Shown here in pieces: positions 60,398 through 64,000 of a stretch of 64,000 nt of DNA. The first letter of the stretch is position 1; each line of letters opens with the position of its first letter. The stretch comes from Fimbriosthenelais zetlandica (lineage: Eukaryota): assembly GCA_977030845.1 (NCBI GenBank), contig OZ365112.1, positions 24,490,001 to 24,554,000 of the forward strand, read 5' to 3'. Made by a program: the position numbers and the translations under genes. The notes beneath the pieces are model-generated. The model had not been told where the DNA came from. It did not search any database and was given only the letters and a program-made list of their open reading frames with translations.

Positions 60398-63300
60398 ATT
60401 TAAATGTCTGTCAATCACACTTTGGGGCACTTTTCTGACGGAAATCCCTTCTCACTGTCTTTTACTTGACTTAAATATGACAGCTTCACTCAAATCGCCC
60501 ATTATGGGAATCTATCCACCTTTTGTTTTCAGTTGTGCTTTTTATGCACATGGAAGTAAAGCCAGTGCTTTTTCTGGAGTCTGTTAAAAGTAAAGCATGA
60601 AAGTTTGGAGGAAAGTGCCCTGTTAAATGAAAGGGTTGATGAGAGCGACGCTTAGCGAGGATGAAAGCAAATACGTGTCATAACCGTTACAGTGTTTTTA
60701 TTTTGAACCATGAAGGGCTTAGTGTCAGTACACTGTAGAACAACTATGGCCGCTGTCAACTCCATTTGAATGACTATTCATTTGCCTGTCGTTTCAAGTT
60801 GTAGAACACAATGAGGCATGGCCAAATGTGCATGGATTTGCTTGTCAAATGTTCTTGAATGGGCTTTTTCTGGCAGAGTTAAGGGCTACCCTAGTCATGA
60901 CTGTTTCTTTTGTCTCCTAAGCTCTGTTTTGATCAGAAATGGTGGGGTCTTACATGACTGCACACCCCTTCACAGGGAATTTAGATATTAAGTCGTAATC
61001 AATCAAAAGTTAAGAATGTCTAAAAGGGAGAGATTTAGATTAGGAAGCAGGATATGTTTTTGCGTTAGTGATACTTGGCAGTGGGCACAGATTTTGAACT
61101 TAACATGTGGCCTGAACATAACATAACTGCGAAGAATGCATTTCAAAACCAATTTTTGTCCTTTTCATGTTCACCTTGCGAGGTCAATATTCTCTACTGA
61201 TCGCTGGGGGAGCGATTAGAATAAGAGAAGGAGGCATTAAAGGAAGGTGAATCTGACATGACATGGGTCGATTAGGAAGGAAGCGTCCCACAACAAAACT
61301 TATACTCCAAGAGCGGCTGCGTGATCATTGCCTTCACAAGTGCATGTTTCCTGGTGGAAACATTAACCCGGGTCGCCAGCCATTAGGGAATATCTACATC
61401 CGCTCCCTCCATGTGAAGGTCCGCCTCCTGTAACCTGATTTCGCCTTGCTGGTTGGATGGTTATCAGATTTAAATTAGGGCATTTGGGTCATTAGGACAA
61501 ATCTTGCGAAAATCAGGTTCTGCATCAGCTATGTTTCAGAGAAATCCCTCCTTGACTTTTTTGAAACATGGTGCGCATCAGGTAATTTGGGACGAAAAAT
61601 GTAATGACCACGGAGAAGAGTTTACGGTTCATTTAACAGTTTGCTTCCTGAACAGTAGTGTTCTGTTTTGACCCATGTTTGGTGCTTATCTGTTGTATTT
61701 ACATGTATTTCTAATATTGTCATGTTAAAAAGGTTAATAGATCATATTACCATACTTTCAGGGGATCTAGATGTGACGTGAACCTGGTCAACTCTACAAC
61801 AGGAAAATCAACGACGCATGCGCGCACACTGACACATGCCAACACTTGATACAGAGGATAGAAAGTCACATGGGGGAAACTTAAAACCAATCAAAGGTGA
61901 CACAGGAATTGTAAGTGTTCCTAGTTCAGGCTAAAGTTGATTTAAGTGCACGTATTTGATCCCCTAGTGTTAAGTGTTTTTAGTGTTAAATAAGAATATT
62001 AGACTAAGTTATTTCTCCCTAACTCTATCTTCCTGAGCTTTAAATGTCTCAGTTTGCGTATTATCATAAGGGATTCATTCACATTGCAAGCTTCTGAAGT
62101 AACCTAGCTGGACTAGAAGTCACACTTTGCCAATTGAAGAATAAAAACCCAGCCCTGTTTCAATTTCACTTGAAATGTTTTCATGTGAGACCTTTTTGGG
62201 TTTTGAATTTCAAACGGTTCCTCTGCCAGAGTTGCGTTGAAAGAGGTCTCAATTAAATTTGAAAGAATGAGTAAGGGGACACCGCGTGAGACCACGTTTG
62301 CTTGGCATGGAAGCCTTAGCACACATGTCGCCATGGAGATAGCAGAGAGAAGAAATCCAGGTACTTAAATTGATGTCCACTTTCAAATACAAATGGAATT
62401 TATTATTGATTTGCTCAATCGCTTCATGGGGTGAAAATGTGATACTCCCTGGGGATTCACTGGTGATGTCTTCAGTTCCATGCCAGGTTCTGACGCCCAC
62501 ACTCCTACCAAAAGAAACCTGTTAACAGCCTGTAAGGATCTGCCTTGTGTGCCTTTTCTGAATTCTGAATTAGCTTGTAATCACATGTCAAACTACTAAG
62601 GTCTAAATATAGCACGTTTACATGTTGTTTAGACTACTTTAAAGAAGTCAGATGTACAATGGACATGGCATAGATGGCATAGATCATTCATGGAATCTAT
62701 TCTCATTTACAGTCTAGACAAGAAAATGTCTAGACTGTAAATGTAATAGCGGAGTTTATATCTAAAGAATCCTTTCTACCTTCACTTTTATGAATTATCA
62801 TAAAGGCTAACTTTTCAATCCACTTTGAATATAGAATCCTTTCAGTTTCAAGTTTACATCTGTTATTCCTTCTTATATTATGAGTTTTGACATAAATATC
62901 CATCCACCAGAGAAATTGATTTGGAAATTATAAATTGATGCTTTGATGCTGTTGTTATGTGCCCCCATACATGGACGTTTTACAACAGAGCTTTCTTATA
63001 CATGGCAATCATCAGGCAAGACCTCTGATCAGAGCAAAACAATGTGCAGGTTTCAATACAATACAGTTGACACAATGTCTGGATGAATTAGATGAATTAT
63101 AAGCATTTGAGACCATATGTCATCTTTGAGCACATGCACATTGCTCTTTACTATTATTATGCCATTGGTTGCATTGTCTCCAAGCAGTACAATCCGAGAT
63201 ATATATATATATATGTCAGTAGTACATGTAATTGCTGATAGCACCCAGGTATTCAGGCTGACATCATGGGTGCCGCCAGATGGCTTATGAAACAATATGA

Positions 63301-64000
63301 GGCACCTTAGGTTGCTTCGCTGTAAGACCTGTCATCTTGGTGAATGTTAACAAAAGATTACTTAGTACTCCCGGATGTCTTTTCCACAAGCTATTCCCAT
63401 AGAATCTTATAAGCTCTTTCTATAGTACATATATTGCGTTTCTTCAGAACCATCATGACCATCCATTTCTACGGTTAATCATTTTGTTGAAATGTCAGCC
63501 AGTAAAATCATAGAACTGTAGCTTGCTACAGTTCTATGGTAAAATCAAGTATTATATTTCGGCCAAAGTTCAATTAAGGTAACGGAGTGACTGTGGTGAG
63601 GAGGACAGAGATGTTGGGTGAACTCTTCATGGTGTTCTGTACAGTGGTCTCGGCGTCATCTCAGGGCACCATGTCTCCTGTCATCACATGACAAGTACAG
63701 GTTGACAGCAATCTTCCATAGGGACATTACAATGTCACCATTTCTTGTCCAGACCTTTTCTACCAACACCCAACCCTCCCAGAAGAAACTCTTTCCCCCC
63801 TCCCTCCACCCATCTCAATGACGGAACGAATCTGGAACTGCATAGTGGGCCTGATGTAATCCAGGTCGGGGACATGTGACCTTCTGAACTTGGATGTCAC
63901 GTGACCGGCATAGGCCACGAGACCTGTATGGAGAGATTGTCAGGTGACTGCCATACCTAGCTCGGCTCAGGTGATAAGGCCATTTTCTCTTCATTGTCAT

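Overview
This is eukaryotic (animal-like) genomic DNA. Only one protein-coding gene can be supported: POLD2 (DNA polymerase delta subunit 2, + strand). It has 10 coding exons with GT-AG boundaries and consistent phases, totalling 1425 nt = 474 aa + stop. Exons 1-9 lie in 7504-10937 with introns of 88-642 bp. The last exon (57579-57748) follows a 46,641-bp intron. That intron holds a tRNA-Ser(TGA), a 36-bp minisatellite and non-coding DNA with no recognisable nested protein gene. It also holds two pyrimidine-tract+CAG|GTGAGT junctions (26608/9 and 42784/5) that cut it into three near-equal parts, which makes them candidate recursive splice sites. Upstream of the POLD2 promoter (YY1, CCAAT, NRF1 motifs) is a set of nested tandem duplications (4921-6595). 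It carries four 73-nt degenerate tRNA-Gly-like Pol III units, each with the same upstream motif at the same distance; the fourth extends into a SINE-like structured tail. Most ORFs in the supplied track appear spurious. All counts were made by eye; no searches or computations were run. An echinoderm-like origin is only a guess, from TAGGCCTA enrichment.
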